DNA of 64,000 bases, from positions 1 through 64,000 of the IMG/VR virus record IMGVR_UViG_3300042391_001456; one strand, written 5' to 3'. Positions 40,653 to 50,123 of this stretch are shown one piece after another. Made by a program: the position numbers and the translations under genes. Source of the stretch: a virus. Position 1 is the stretch's first letter; every line of letters starts with the position of its first letter. The notes below the pieces were generated by a model. The model searched no databases, was not told the origin of the DNA, and saw nothing but the letters and a program-made list of their open reading frames with translations.

Positions 40653-41453
40653 ATGAGTGATGTAAATGGATATGGTGATCAATATGTACCCGGAGGTGGT
40701 GGATATACAATCGAAGAAATGATTGATTTAGTACAAACTGAGTTAACAGTTGCCTGTGCTCTCCCAAAGACCTTACCAGATGCTAGTATTAGACAAATTA
40801 TTGAAAATAGAGCACTCCCATGGTTCTATAGATGGTATCAATATTCAGTTCAAAAAATTTATTACCTAATCAGAAAAGAAGCTTTTTATACTGATGAATT
40901 TACAAAATTTAGATACGTTGAAGTTCCTTGTGATATTCAAAGTGTTACATGGTTATATGAAGTTAGAGATCAAAGTCTTTTCCAACTTGGTATAAATACT
41001 CCAAATTTATCTGTAAACTTAGGTGTTACTAACCAACCATTTCTATCATCATATGTTACCACAATATCAGAATTGGGTGTTTATAAGACACTTCTTGATA
41101 ATATGAGTGATATGTTGAACCAAATGAATAAATATACTCTTAAACACCACTTCAATCAATTAAACCATCGAATACACATATTAACAAATGTTAAGTATGA
41201 TGTTATAATGGAGGCTTATGCCAATATACCTAGAGAAAAATTGTTTATGGATGATCTTTTTTATAAGTATTGCGTAGGATGGAGTAAAGTTATGTTAGGT
41301 AATATGGTGGGAAGGTATGATTTCCAACTCCCCGGCGCCGTGAAAATAAATAGCGCGGATTTAATATCACAAGGAAAAGAAGAAGTTAAAGAAGTGGAGG
41401 AAGAAATCAAAGGTCAATCAAATTCCTCGTTTTTTATAATGGTGAAACGCTAA
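40653..41453 (+). CDS. Neck protein (T4 gp13-like)
   Basis: Y.....K..LG....RY...LPGAVKIN......G.EE....EEE signature. Confidence 0.85.
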   Translation: MSDVNGYGDQYVPGGGGYTIEEMIDLVQTELTVACALPKTLPDASIRQIIENRALPWFYRWYQYSVQKIYYLIRKEAFYTDEFTKFRYVEVPCDIQSVTWLYEVRDQSLFQLGINTPNLSVNLGVTNQPFLSSYVTTISELGVYKTLLDNMSDMLNQMNKYTLKHHFNQLNHRIHILTNVKYDVIMEAYANIPREKLFMDDLFYKYCVGWSKVMLGNMVGRYDFQLPGAVKINSADLISQGKEEVKEVEEEIKGQSNSSFFIMVKR

Positions 41454-41534
41454 GTGAAAAGGACACATTTTTTTATATACCAATATAAAAAATTTGAAAT
41501 TAAAAAAACCAGTCTAATGACTGGTTTTTTTTAA

Positions 41535-41843
41535 TTAATAAAAAGAATATTTATCTTCTTCTTTAACACAATAAATTGATATTGGTTCTAACTTAATGTT
41601 ATTATCATCTTCGGTCACCATAAATCTAATTGTACCATCAATTATTTCTTGATTTGAAATTTTAATAGAAGAATTAGTTAATTCTTTCAACTCATTATAA
41701 ATTTCAAAGGTATTATCAATAGTTATAAAATTTTTATTACCATTTATCTTACCTAGATTGCCGTTATCGAAATATGATTTTTCGATTAATGATTTCAATA
41801 AATCGGAATTATCTAATTCCATTTTTACTTCATACTTTACCAT
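41535..41843 (-). CDS. Hypothetical protein
   Basis: ORF ending at a terminator at about 41502-41531. Confidence 0.65.
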   Translation of the reverse strand: MVKYEVKMELDNSDLLKSLIEKSYFDNGNLGKINGNKNFITIDNTFEIYNELKELTNSSIKISNQEIIDGTIRFMVTEDDNNIKLEPISIYCVKEEDKYSFY

Positions 41844-41866
41844 TTATATTTGTTTTTAGTTATTAC

Positions 41867-42091
41867 TTAATTATGATATGTTATATTAACTGAGGTTATA
41901 TCTTCTATATTTAGATATGTTTTATTTTTAGTTAAAATTTCTTTAAGAAGTTTTAAACTATCTGGTAGATCTTTATAATCTGTATTTTTATTTATTTTTT
42001 TAATAATTGGTGTTAAAGAGTTTATTTGAGTATTTGTTACTTCAATTTTTTCTCTTTTATCTTCAGTGTCTATAACTAAAAATGCTTTCAT
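41867..42091 (-). CDS. Hypothetical protein
   Basis: ORF behind an AAACTT-N13-ATATAA element. Confidence 0.65.
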   Translation of the reverse strand: MKAFLVIDTEDKREKIEVTNTQINSLTPIIKKINKNTDYKDLPDSLKLLKEILTKNKTYLNIEDITSVNITYHN

Positions 42092-42122
42092 AATTATTTT
42101 ATATTTTACTTATATATAAGTT

Positions 42123-42509
42123 TTAATCTTGTGTAATTAGATTTTTTATTTTTTCAACACCATCTGGATTTACTGAATGAATTATATACTCTGGGAATAT
42201 TAAATTATTTATTTTACAATAATTTAATAAAAATTTGGTACAATCTAACCCAGTGTAAACTCTATTCTCATTTAAATCAAACCATTCTTCAATTACCAGT
42301 TCTTCTTTTAGTTCTTCAACATCGGCTAAATCATAATCAAATGAAACTAAATCGGGAACACCATTTATTTCAATCCATTTAGTAAATTGTCCATAAGATC
42401 GAACTATATTCCATTCTTCGTGAAAGATTGTACAATTAACTTTTCGTTGCCACATATATTGTGCACAATCTCGTGGAATTCTCCAATCATCTAAGAATAA
42501 TCTTTTCAT
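42123..42509 (-). CDS. Cyclic-phosphate-processing receiver-domain protein
   Basis: LFLDDWR.P, VRSY..F, SFDYDL, TG.DC..FL, IHS.NP.G; host-type promoter TATGTTTG at 42515-42522. Confidence 0.8.
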   Translation of the reverse strand: MKRLFLDDWRIPRDCAQYMWQRKVNCTIFHEEWNIVRSYGQFTKWIEINGVPDLVSFDYDLADVEELKEELVIEEWFDLNENRVYTGLDCTKFLLNYCKINNLIFPEYIIHSVNPDGVEKIKNLITQD

Positions 42510-42547
42510 AATAGCAAACATAAGGATAATTTTTTAATATATAAAAT

Positions 42548-42637
42548 ATAACCGGGTGACGTAAGTCCCATATTTTAGGACCGGTATTAGTTACATCTAA
42601 TAGAAAAAGAGGAATTCGCTACTCCTCTTTTTCATTT
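42548..42637 (+). ncRNA. Candidate small structured RNA
   Basis: Late promoter at 42535-42543 with no ORF downstream; GC-rich nested stems ACCGG/CCGGT, GAC-GTAA-GTC, TATTAG/CTAATA, then an 11-bp hairpin. Confidence 0.5.
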
Positions 42638-43579
42638 TTATAACTTTATGATATAACAGAGTGCGAAATATGTAGGTCTATTTTCGATTGGAGTTGGGTC
42701 ATTTGGTATGTAAACCGTATCTCCATTAAATGTAATACTTTTGAAACCAGGACCATCTTTTTTGGGTCCAGTTCCATAATTTGAAAAAATAGTTGGAGTC
42801 CACATCCCACCATCACCATCTACACCTTTGTTACCAGTTGAATCGGTTCCGGATGTAGCGGCAGTTACTGTAGTGACAGCTTCATAATATGATCCATAAG
42901 TATTTGGATCGACTTTACTTTTTGCAAATGTGTAACCATTATTTCGGTAGTATTTATGTTCGTGTTCTGGAATATTTTTAAGAGTTAATATATTATTATT
43001 AACCCCTCCTTTATCACCAACATTATATCCAGAACCTATTACTGAGTTATTATCACCACCTGCCCCAACTATAAATCTTTCTCTTAGATCTAATAGTTGA
43101 GGATTATCGCCGGAACCACCAAATGGGTAGTTTTGACCTTTTAATTGATTATATAAACTCGTATCACCATACGTATTTTTATCTAATACCCTACCATCAC
43201 AGATAATCCATCCACCTGGTATTCCACTGTACCCCCACATTACTATTGTTCCTGGTAATACGTATGATGCGGTTGTCAATTGTTGATTTAGTTGAGTATT
43301 TTGTTCATCTAATTTCTTTTTTAAATCATCTATTTGATCTTGTAGATCTTTAAATAAATCTGTGTTGGTTGTGTTATTAGTATTTGTTACATTTACATTT
43401 CCACCATCAGTTGAATCTTCACCGACACCTTCTACATTAATAGAAACTTCTTGCCCAAATAGAGTAAAGACAACAGTATTACCCCATCCATCATAGAATT
43501 TACCATCAATTGTTTGTATAATTCTACCATATCCATGTGTGTCTAAGGAATGTATTTGATATTCAGGGTATCTAGGCAT
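42638..43579 (-). CDS. Tail-collar-domain protein (short fiber/baseplate)
   Basis: PGTIVMW...IPGGWIICDG, DLRERFIVGAG, LT..NIP.H.H, ENRP.YFAL.YIIKL. Confidence 0.88.
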   Translation of the reverse strand: MPRYPEYQIHSLDTHGYGRIIQTIDGKFYDGWGNTVVFTLFGQEVSINVEGVGEDSTDGGNVNVTNTNNTTNTDLFKDLQDQIDDLKKKLDEQNTQLNQQLTTASYVLPGTIVMWGYSGIPGGWIICDGRVLDKNTYGDTSLYNQLKGQNYPFGGSGDNPQLLDLRERFIVGAGGDNNSVIGSGYNVGDKGGVNNNILTLKNIPEHEHKYYRNNGYTFAKSKVDPNTYGSYYEAVTTVTAATSGTDSTGNKGVDGDGGMWTPTIFSNYGTGPKKDGPGFKSITFNGDTVYIPNDPTPIENRPTYFALCYIIKL

Positions 43580-43601
43580 AATATATTTTTATTTTTATAT
43601 A

Positions 43602-44588
43602 TTAAAGCCAATCTTTTTTCTTAAAGAATATTATTAGAGATGTTGCTATTGATACTATAATTCCCCAAAAGATGAAATAACCCCATCTCCATTTTAATTC
43701 TGGTAGGTATTCAAAATTCATCCCATATATACCCGCCAAAAATGTTAATGGTATGAATATTGTACTTATTATTGTTAAGAGTTTCATTATTTGGTTCATT
43801 TTTTGACCTTGAATTGAATAATATAAATTTGATAATCCATCTAGTATTTGTTTAGTATCATCAATTTCATCTAAGATATCAACTATATTATCATAGAGTT
43901 CATGAAAAAATCTTCTATTATCAGATTCGATTAGATTTGTATTCATGTTTTCTAAATGTGTTAATATATTTTTAAAAGGAGTTACTAGTTTTTTCAACTC
44001 CAACAATTTTCTTTTTTGTTGTTCTATTTGATTGAAATCAAATTTAGACTTATCACTATTTATGTCTTTTTCAATCGAGTTAACTTCTTTGTTAATAGAG
44101 TATAGAATATCAAAATAGTTATCAATTAAACAACTCAATAGTCTATATAATAGATAATCGCTCGATTTTTGTCGTATTCTGCCTCTATCATTTACTATTC
44201 TATCTCTAACATCATTAAAATGGTCTAATTTTTTACTTTGAAATGATATTAAAAAATTGCTACCTAATATAAAAGTTATTTTATTCTTTTTTATTTCATT
44301 TTTTTCCATCTTCCCGGATTTTATGGTAAAAAAGATATAATATGTATATTCCTCCAACTTGGGTTTTAAATCTTTAAATATATCTTCAGTTGTTACTTTA
44401 TCAATATTAAAGTTATCACATAGTTTTTTTATATGATCAACATCATCTATATTGTGAAAGTTTAACCAATTCACACTTTTATCACAAATTTGATCGTAAT
44501 TAAAACTCTTAGAGAAATATTCAGGATTATTAATCTCTAAATTATATTCATTTGAATTGTAGTGATAAAATTGGCATATTTTTTTCAT
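43602..44588 (-). CDS. corA: Magnesium/cobalt transporter CorA
   Basis: MN..MK.LT....IF.PLTF.AGIYGMNF...PEL.W.WGY. Confidence 0.93.
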   Translation of the reverse strand: MKKICQFYHYNSNEYNLEINNPEYFSKSFNYDQICDKSVNWLNFHNIDDVDHIKKLCDNFNIDKVTTEDIFKDLKPKLEEYTYYIFFTIKSGKMEKNEIKKNKITFILGSNFLISFQSKKLDHFNDVRDRIVNDRGRIRQKSSDYLLYRLLSCLIDNYFDILYSINKEVNSIEKDINSDKSKFDFNQIEQQKRKLLELKKLVTPFKNILTHLENMNTNLIESDNRRFFHELYDNIVDILDEIDDTKQILDGLSNLYYSIQGQKMNQIMKLLTIISTIFIPLTFLAGIYGMNFEYLPELKWRWGYFIFWGIIVSIATSLIIFFKKKDWL

Positions 44589-44624
44589 AATTCTATATAT
44601 TAAAAATTAATATATAGAATTATG
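44586..44624. promoter_or_regulatory. Perfect 18-bp inverted repeat holding two back-to-back late promoters and both start codons
   Basis: CATAATTCTATATATTAA-AAA-TTAATATATAGAATTATG. Confidence 0.85.
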
Positions 44625-45866
44625 GATATAATAAAATTTTCAAAATTTAACGAGAATGTTCAACTACCAGTTTTAGATATTGTTATTGATTCAAATGGTA
44701 AACTTTATAATGGTAGATTTGGAGACCTAATAAAGGGTAATGTTGTTATTAAAAAAGTAAAAGGTATAAATACCACAGTTGATATATTGGGTAGTGATAA
44801 TAAGAGCTATGTTGCTGGTATAGATAAAAATGGATATTTAGTCGCGCCACCATCTAATATAAAAGACGATTGTTTATTTGTAAATGGTGATTTTGTTAAA
44901 ATACCTATAGATGTTTTAAATTCTATGAAGAAAAAAGATTCTATTTGGAGATTTGGTGTTGATTACACACAATTATTATCATCAGAATCTACTGGTTGGG
45001 TTAATGTTAAAATTGATATGGAGATCTTTAAAAGAGTTAAAAGATATTCATCTGGATTGGGCAGTGTTAAAAGAGGACACACAGCATTTATTTCAAAATT
45101 AGAGGATTTAAACTCTATTAACTTTATTAAAAAAAGAAAAAGAAGTATTAAAAGTATTCAAAGAGAAATGTCTGTTATAATGTTATTGCATTATATCGAA
45201 GAAATTAAAAGTTTTTTCACACCATCAGCAGCTGGATTTTTATTCGAATCTTTTATCGCTGGATTAATTCCAAATGCTAAAGTAATTAGTGATAATAGCG
45301 CAGCTGATATTGTTTCGGATGGTAGAGGTTATCAGGTTAAAACTTTAGATGCTCACAATAACCCAAGTGTTGAGTTTATTATGAGAGATATTGATGGTGT
45401 TAAACAATTTTTAGATCATTATGTTGTTTGTTTTAAGTATGCTGATAGAATAGAAATCTATGTATTGGATGGTGATGTCTCATCACCATCATATTGTGGT
45501 AATCTTTTGAAAAATAGTAAGACCTTTACAAAAGTTGATAAGAAAAATCAAGTAACAAAAATCTATAGAGAATCTTCATATTCTAGAATAAATACATCTA
45601 AAATTAATCCATATATTATTAATTTATTGGGAATTGATGAGAGTATTGATATTATATCAATGGGTTTAAAAGAAACTTTAAATAAATTATATACCGAGTT
45701 ATCATCATTTCAATATAACGTAGAAACTATTGTTGCTGGAGTTAATAAAGATGGTAAACTAATCGGAACAAATGAATTCGATGCTTATAGTAATTTGGCT
45801 AGAAAGAATGCTGAAATTATGAAAGGTGAGTTAGAAAACTTAATAAAACATTACAAAAGAGATTAA
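44622..45866 (+). CDS. Tagged protein (MDIIKFSKFNE) with a putative PD-(D/E)XK-like nuclease core
   Basis: AGFLFESFIAGL...ADI...YQVK. Confidence 0.5.
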   Translation: MDIIKFSKFNENVQLPVLDIVIDSNGKLYNGRFGDLIKGNVVIKKVKGINTTVDILGSDNKSYVAGIDKNGYLVAPPSNIKDDCLFVNGDFVKIPIDVLNSMKKKDSIWRFGVDYTQLLSSESTGWVNVKIDMEIFKRVKRYSSGLGSVKRGHTAFISKLEDLNSINFIKKRKRSIKSIQREMSVIMLLHYIEEIKSFFTPSAAGFLFESFIAGLIPNAKVISDNSAADIVSDGRGYQVKTLDAHNNPSVEFIMRDIDGVKQFLDHYVVCFKYADRIEIYVLDGDVSSPSYCGNLLKNSKTFTKVDKKNQVTKIYRESSYSRINTSKINPYIINLLGIDESIDIISMGLKETLNKLYTELSSFQYNVETIVAGVNKDGKLIGTNEFDAYSNLARKNAEIMKGELENLIKHYKRD

Positions 45867-45870
45867 AGTT

Positions 45871-46158
45871 ATGAAAATATTAAAATATTTAGATTTTATA
45901 AACGAATCGCTACCACGTCAACAATCAGTTGATCAGTTAAAACGTGTTATGAAACAATCATCAAAAACTGATATTGGTAATAGAATTTCTGATATGAATA
46001 AACAGGGAGCTAATATACAATATATTCAAAATCCAATTGATAATGGCATCGAATCTTTTGAGGATTGGCAAAAGCATAATAAGAAATTTGTTTCTTCTTG
46101 GAACTTAAAAGGAATGTTAGGACCATTTAAAGGTGAAGATAATAAGCAAAATAAATAA
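45871..46158 (+). CDS. Tagged small protein (MKILKYLDFINE)
   Basis: ORF. Confidence 0.75.
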   Translation: MKILKYLDFINESLPRQQSVDQLKRVMKQSSKTDIGNRISDMNKQGANIQYIQNPIDNGIESFEDWQKHNKKFVSSWNLKGMLGPFKGEDNKQNK

Positions 46159-46160
46159 TT

Positions 46161-46901
46161 ATGATTTTTTTAAAAAAATATTCAAATTTTATGAATAATG
46201 GAATAATAATAGCCATTGGAGGTTCTGAAAATGTTGTAGATAATACTATTTTATCAGAAGTTATAAAAAATTCAAAATTCAAAAAAAATTCAAAAATTAT
46301 AATAATCCCAACTGCATCATCCCATCAAGATGATGTCGATGTTAAATATAAAACAGCATTCGAGAAATTAGGGTGTAAGTATATAAAAACACTATTTATA
46401 TCATCTAAGGATCAAGTTGATTCAGAAGATAATTTGAATCTATTAAAAGAATCTAATATCTTAATGTTTTCTGGTGGTGATCAATCTAGAATAAGTGAAT
46501 GTTTTATAGGAACTAAATTTTTAGAAATTTTAATAAATAAATTTAATTCAGATCATTTTGTTGTAGCTGGTACTTCAGCCGGTGCTATGTGTTTATCTAA
46601 TAATATGATAACCGGTGGAGATAAAATTGTTAAATGTGGAGTGGGTTTATCATTTATTCCGGAACTAATAATAGATACTCATTTTACGGAAAGAAATAGA
46701 TTATCTAGATTATCTAATGCAATTTCAATCTATCCAAATAGAATTGGTGTTGGTTTATCTGAAGATACTGGAATTATTATAAAGAATAATGAAATAGAAG
46801 TTATTGGAACGGGTAGTGTTACTGTTTTTAATTTTGAGGATTTAAAAGAATTAAAATTTAAAGTTTTATATTCTGGTGATAAGTCAATTTTAAATAAATA
46901 A
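46161..46901 (+). CDS. Cyanophycinase-like S51 serine peptidase with a tag-like N-terminal extension
   Basis: IGGSE, IPTAS, SGGDQ, GTSAGAM, IDTHF.ER.RL.RL, GLSEDT. Confidence 0.88.
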   Translation: MIFLKKYSNFMNNGIIIAIGGSENVVDNTILSEVIKNSKFKKNSKIIIIPTASSHQDDVDVKYKTAFEKLGCKYIKTLFISSKDQVDSEDNLNLLKESNILMFSGGDQSRISECFIGTKFLEILINKFNSDHFVVAGTSAGAMCLSNNMITGGDKIVKCGVGLSFIPELIIDTHFTERNRLSRLSNAISIYPNRIGVGLSEDTGIIIKNNEIEVIGTGSVTVFNFEDLKELKFKVLYSGDKSILNK

Positions 46902-46916
46902 TATAATTAAAAAATG

Positions 46917-46963
46917 ATATATAGAATATTAAGTATTTAAAAAGATTTAATGAGGTTATATAG
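46917..46963 (+). pseudogene. Remnant of a late promoter plus tag cassette (I-KYLKRFNE-VI-stop)
   Basis: GATATATAGAAT-ATT-AAG-TAT-TTA-AAA-AGA-TTT-AAT-GAG; ATT sits where ATG is in sister genes. Confidence 0.55.
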
Positions 46964-47028
46964 ACTTAGAAACACAAAAAAGATTTAAAAAATATGTATA
47001 TCAATACATAAAAAAATAAATAGTAAAT

Positions 47029-47352
47029 ATGAAATATTTAAAAACGTTTGAGAGTTATAGTGAGAAAGGTTTAGCTCAGGAAATTGCTGAAGACATTCTA
47101 CCAAAACTACAAGAAATTAAAAAAGAGAAAGGTATTTTTACAGTAGGTATGTTTGATAACTACATGGAAGAAAGAAAAGGTGATATGAAATTAACTGACG
47201 AAGTTATGTCTGAATTAGTTAATATGGGATTTGATTTTGATTCTGGTGATGATGATGATTTCTACTTTGTAGAAGATGACGAAGAAGGTGATGTTCCACC
47301 ACCTCCTCCTGGCTTCGAAGGTTATCCAGGGATGGAATATAGTTTAAACTAA
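47029..47352 (+). CDS. Tagged acidic protein (MKYLKTFESY)
   Basis: ORF. Confidence 0.8.
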   Translation: MKYLKTFESYSEKGLAQEIAEDILPKLQEIKKEKGIFTVGMFDNYMEERKGDMKLTDEVMSELVNMGFDFDSGDDDDFYFVEDDEEGDVPPPPPGFEGYPGMEYSLN

Positions 47353-47369
47353 AAAAATAAATATAAGTG

Positions 47370-47552
47370 ATGAAACATTTAAGAAAATTCAACGAAGCTG
47401 CTAAAGTTGAAAAAACATCTAAGAAAGATGAGATTGAAGACTTTATCAGTAAGAATAAGAAAAACAAATCTTCTTACGAAATGTATAAAGTATTAAGAGA
47501 AAAAGGTTATACTGAAGCCAATCTTAAAGATTATTTCTACGATAACTACTAA
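47370..47552 (+). CDS. Tagged small protein (MKHLRKFNEA)
   Basis: ORF, ATG at 47370. Confidence 0.75.
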   Translation: MKHLRKFNEAAKVEKTSKKDEIEDFISKNKKNKSSYEMYKVLREKGYTEANLKDYFYDNY

Positions 47553-47568
47553 AAATTAATTATACATT

Positions 47569-48171
47569 ATGTTAAAAAGTAAATCAAAAATGATTAAACC
47601 AATTACACTTCCTGAATACAAAGGTGATAGGGTTTATATGCACGAATTTGATATGGCTAATCCTTCACTACCAATTGGTTATGAAAGATGGAATGGTGTT
47701 CTTAAAGAAATAATCGCTAGTTCACCAAAACAAACTGGGAAAGCTTATATCACTATTGATGAGAAAATTGTAAGAGCTGGTGAATCTCATAGAAGAGGTG
47801 GACCACATACTGATGGAAACTATCTATTTGGATGGGGCGGCGGTGGGGGCGGCTGGTTAACTGGTGAAGATGGTAGATTTCTACCAAGAGAACAACACAA
47901 AGAACAATATTGTTCTGATAAAGGTGGTATGTTAATTGTCTCTTCTTACGAGGCTTGTAAAGGTTGGGATGGAGATTTTGATGGAGAACCAAACCAAGGT
48001 GGTGATTGTTCACACTTAGACCTTTCTAAATTAGAAAGTTATAATCTTAAAGCAAATACTTTATATTGGGGAAATAGTACATTCATCCACGAATCACTAC
48101 CATTGGAAGAAGATGTTAAAAGACAATTAATTAGAATAACTCTACCAGCTGATGCTGAAGAATTAGTTTAA
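47569..48171 (+). CDS. 2OG-Fe(II) oxygenase-like protein
   Basis: HRRGGPHTDG (HxD), distal HES, R.L.R. Confidence 0.65.
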   Translation: MLKSKSKMIKPITLPEYKGDRVYMHEFDMANPSLPIGYERWNGVLKEIIASSPKQTGKAYITIDEKIVRAGESHRRGGPHTDGNYLFGWGGGGGGWLTGEDGRFLPREQHKEQYCSDKGGMLIVSSYEACKGWDGDFDGEPNQGGDCSHLDLSKLESYNLKANTLYWGNSTFIHESLPLEEDVKRQLIRITLPADAEELV

Positions 48172-48206
48172 GATAGTGATTGTCAAATATCTAGACAGTC
48201 TTAAAT

Positions 48207-48237
48207 AAAAAACCCACTCAATTTGAGTGGGTTTTTT
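48207..48237. terminator. Bidirectional intrinsic terminator
   Basis: AAAAAACCCACTCA-ATT-TGAGTGGGTTTTTT. Confidence 0.85.
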
Positions 48238-48294
48238 CATTTATATACATTATTAGATTTCTAACCATTCTTTTTCTACGAAGAGTATTATCTA

Positions 48295-48519
48295 TTATTT
48301 ATCAATTATTTGGTCAATTTTTTCGTCACGAATTTCAGATTTAGATTTAATGACCGTTAATCTACTCTCAGAAATAACATCAACTTCATCATTATAATCA
48401 TCACCTAAATATTCAATTACTTCATCCTCGGAATTTGCTAAGTAAACACCACAAACACAATCCCATCCCATTTCTACATTGGTTAGGACATAGATATTTT
48501 TACCTTTTAAGTCTATCAT
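48295..48519 (-). CDS. Small early protein with C-terminal RDxK tag (IRDEKIDQIIDK)
   Basis: ORF coupled by TAATG to the upstream ORF. Confidence 0.75.
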   Translation of the reverse strand: MIDLKGKNIYVLTNVEMGWDCVCGVYLANSEDEVIEYLGDDYNDEVDVISESRLTVIKSKSEIRDEKIDQIIDK

Positions 48520-48689
48520 TATTTCAATACCATATATTTAACACCATCTACAATTTTGGTAACATATTTACCAGTTTCTTTTTTCTCAACATTTTTAGAT
48601 GCTCTTTTAGTCGCAACTTTACCGGATTTAGATTTCTCTACTTCACCATACTTTTGTTTGATAACTTCTTTCATTGAAAATCTTTCCAT
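48519..48689 (-). CDS. 56-aa basic early protein (MERFSMKEVIKQKYG...KIVDGVKYMVLK), missed by the ORF track
   Basis: Hand translation; host-type promoter TATATTTG at 48715-48722; stop overlaps the next start. Confidence 0.75.
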   Translation of the reverse strand: MERFSMKEVIKQKYGEVEKSKSGKVATKRASKNVEKKETGKYVTKIVDGVKYMVLK

Positions 48690-48747
48690 AATTGATAATG
48701 TTTAATTGTTTCTACAAATATAATAAAACTTTTTTAATATATAATAA

Positions 48748-49506
48748 ATGATTAATGAAAATAAAATGTGGTATAAAACCATACCAGAAATTATAAATTG
48801 GTTAGATAGTAAATCAAGCTTACCATGGATCTGGATTGATACAGAGACTAGCGGACTCGGTGGTCCAAAAAAACAACAACTTACTCAAGTTTCAGCAATT
48901 TCAACTCAATATGATTTTAATTCTAATTCTTTTATTGAATTAGATACTTATGATCAAAAAATAAAATTAACAGATGATATAAAATCTAGATATAATTCAC
49001 CTGGTGATACAAGTAGAAGAATATTGAGTTTTAATCATTATGGATCAGGCCAATATAAATGGAGAAATGAAGAAGAAGTAGTTAATGAGTTTTTTAATTG
49101 GTTGGAAAGATATGAGCCATGTTTATTTGTGGCTCAGAATGCTGGTTTTGATATGAATATGTTATCTGGTAGATTTGAACACAAAATAACTAATGAGGTA
49201 TTTGATACTAAGATGTTAATTCAATTATATTATTTACCACTTATTCAAAAATTAGCTGAGACTGATAGTAAATATAAAGATTTAATCAATTTTATTGGAA
49301 CATCTAGTAGAGATAATGGACTTATTTCTTCTTCTTTATCTAAAATTGGACCAGCACTTGGCTTAAATATGAGTGGTTATCACGATGCTTTAACAGATTG
49401 TAGATTGACTATGAATATGTATTTAAAAATTGTTGATTTTCTAAAAGAAAATAAATCGGTTGATATAATGAAGTATCAAACTGATAGAATAAAAGTTATT
49501 AGATAA
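48748..49506 (+). CDS. DEDDh 3'-5' exonuclease
   Basis: IDTETSGL, AQNAGFD, HDALTD. Confidence 0.88.
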   Translation: MINENKMWYKTIPEIINWLDSKSSLPWIWIDTETSGLGGPKKQQLTQVSAISTQYDFNSNSFIELDTYDQKIKLTDDIKSRYNSPGDTSRRILSFNHYGSGQYKWRNEEEVVNEFFNWLERYEPCLFVAQNAGFDMNMLSGRFEHKITNEVFDTKMLIQLYYLPLIQKLAETDSKYKDLINFIGTSSRDNGLISSSLSKIGPALGLNMSGYHDALTDCRLTMNMYLKIVDFLKENKSVDIMKYQTDRIKVIR

Positions 49507-49508
49507 TA

Positions 49509-50123
49509 ATGGATAATTTATTTAAAAGAGGTAGATCGTTAATTGATAAAGATATTGTTACTATTAAAGTGCCATTCATAAACTTTGATGGTAAAGAAGA
49601 TTTTGGTTTATTACAAGTACATAAAGATATTAGTGAAGAAGTTATTAATATCTTCAATGAGATAAAGAATATTGGTTTCCCAATTTTCAAAGTTGAAACC
49701 GTTGATAATTATGATTATGATGATGAGAAATTAGCTGATGGTAATATTACATCTAGTTATAATTTTAGATTTGTTAGTGGGTCTACTAAATTAAGTGATC
49801 ATTCTATTGGATTGGCAATTGATATAAATCCGATGCAGAATCCTTGGATACACATATCAGCATTGAATAAGTATATTTATAAACCAGGTGAAAAAGGAAC
49901 AATAGAGTCTTCTTCTGAAGTGGTGAATATTTTTAAGAAGTTTGGTTGGTCTTGGGGTGGTGATTGGAAAAATCCAGATTATCAACATTTTTTTAAAGGT
50001 GGTGATATTAATAAGAATATTAAGAACAAATTATATATTGATTTGGGAATTGATAATCCATATCAAAGTTCTAATAAGGTCTTTAATTTCAAAGACTTTA
50101 TCAAAAGTGTTATCAAACGTTAA
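49509..50123 (+). CDS. M15-family peptidoglycan peptidase with C-terminal tag-like KVFNFKDFIK
   Basis: YNFR...LSDHSIGLAIDINP..NP, WGGDW...DYQHF. Confidence 0.88.
   Translation: MDNLFKRGRSLIDKDIVTIKVPFINFDGKEDFGLLQVHKDISEEVINIFNEIKNIGFPIFKVETVDNYDYDDEKLADGNITSSYNFRFVSGSTKLSDHSIGLAIDINPMQNPWIHISALNKYIYKPGEKGTIESSSEVVNIFKKFGWSWGGDWKNPDYQHFFKGGDINKNIKNKLYIDLGIDNPYQSSNKVFNFKDFIKSVIKR

Noticed and set aside
42548-42637. Hammerhead ribozyme or preQ1 riboswitch
   Set aside because: No CUGANGA/GAAA core, and no downstream gene or A-rich preQ1 tail; kept only as an unknown RNA candidate
4976-48237. Similar hairpins (ACCACTC/GAGTGGT, CCCATCA/TGATGGG) as REP or MITE elements
   Set aside because: All sit at gene ends with A/T tails and are explained as intrinsic terminators
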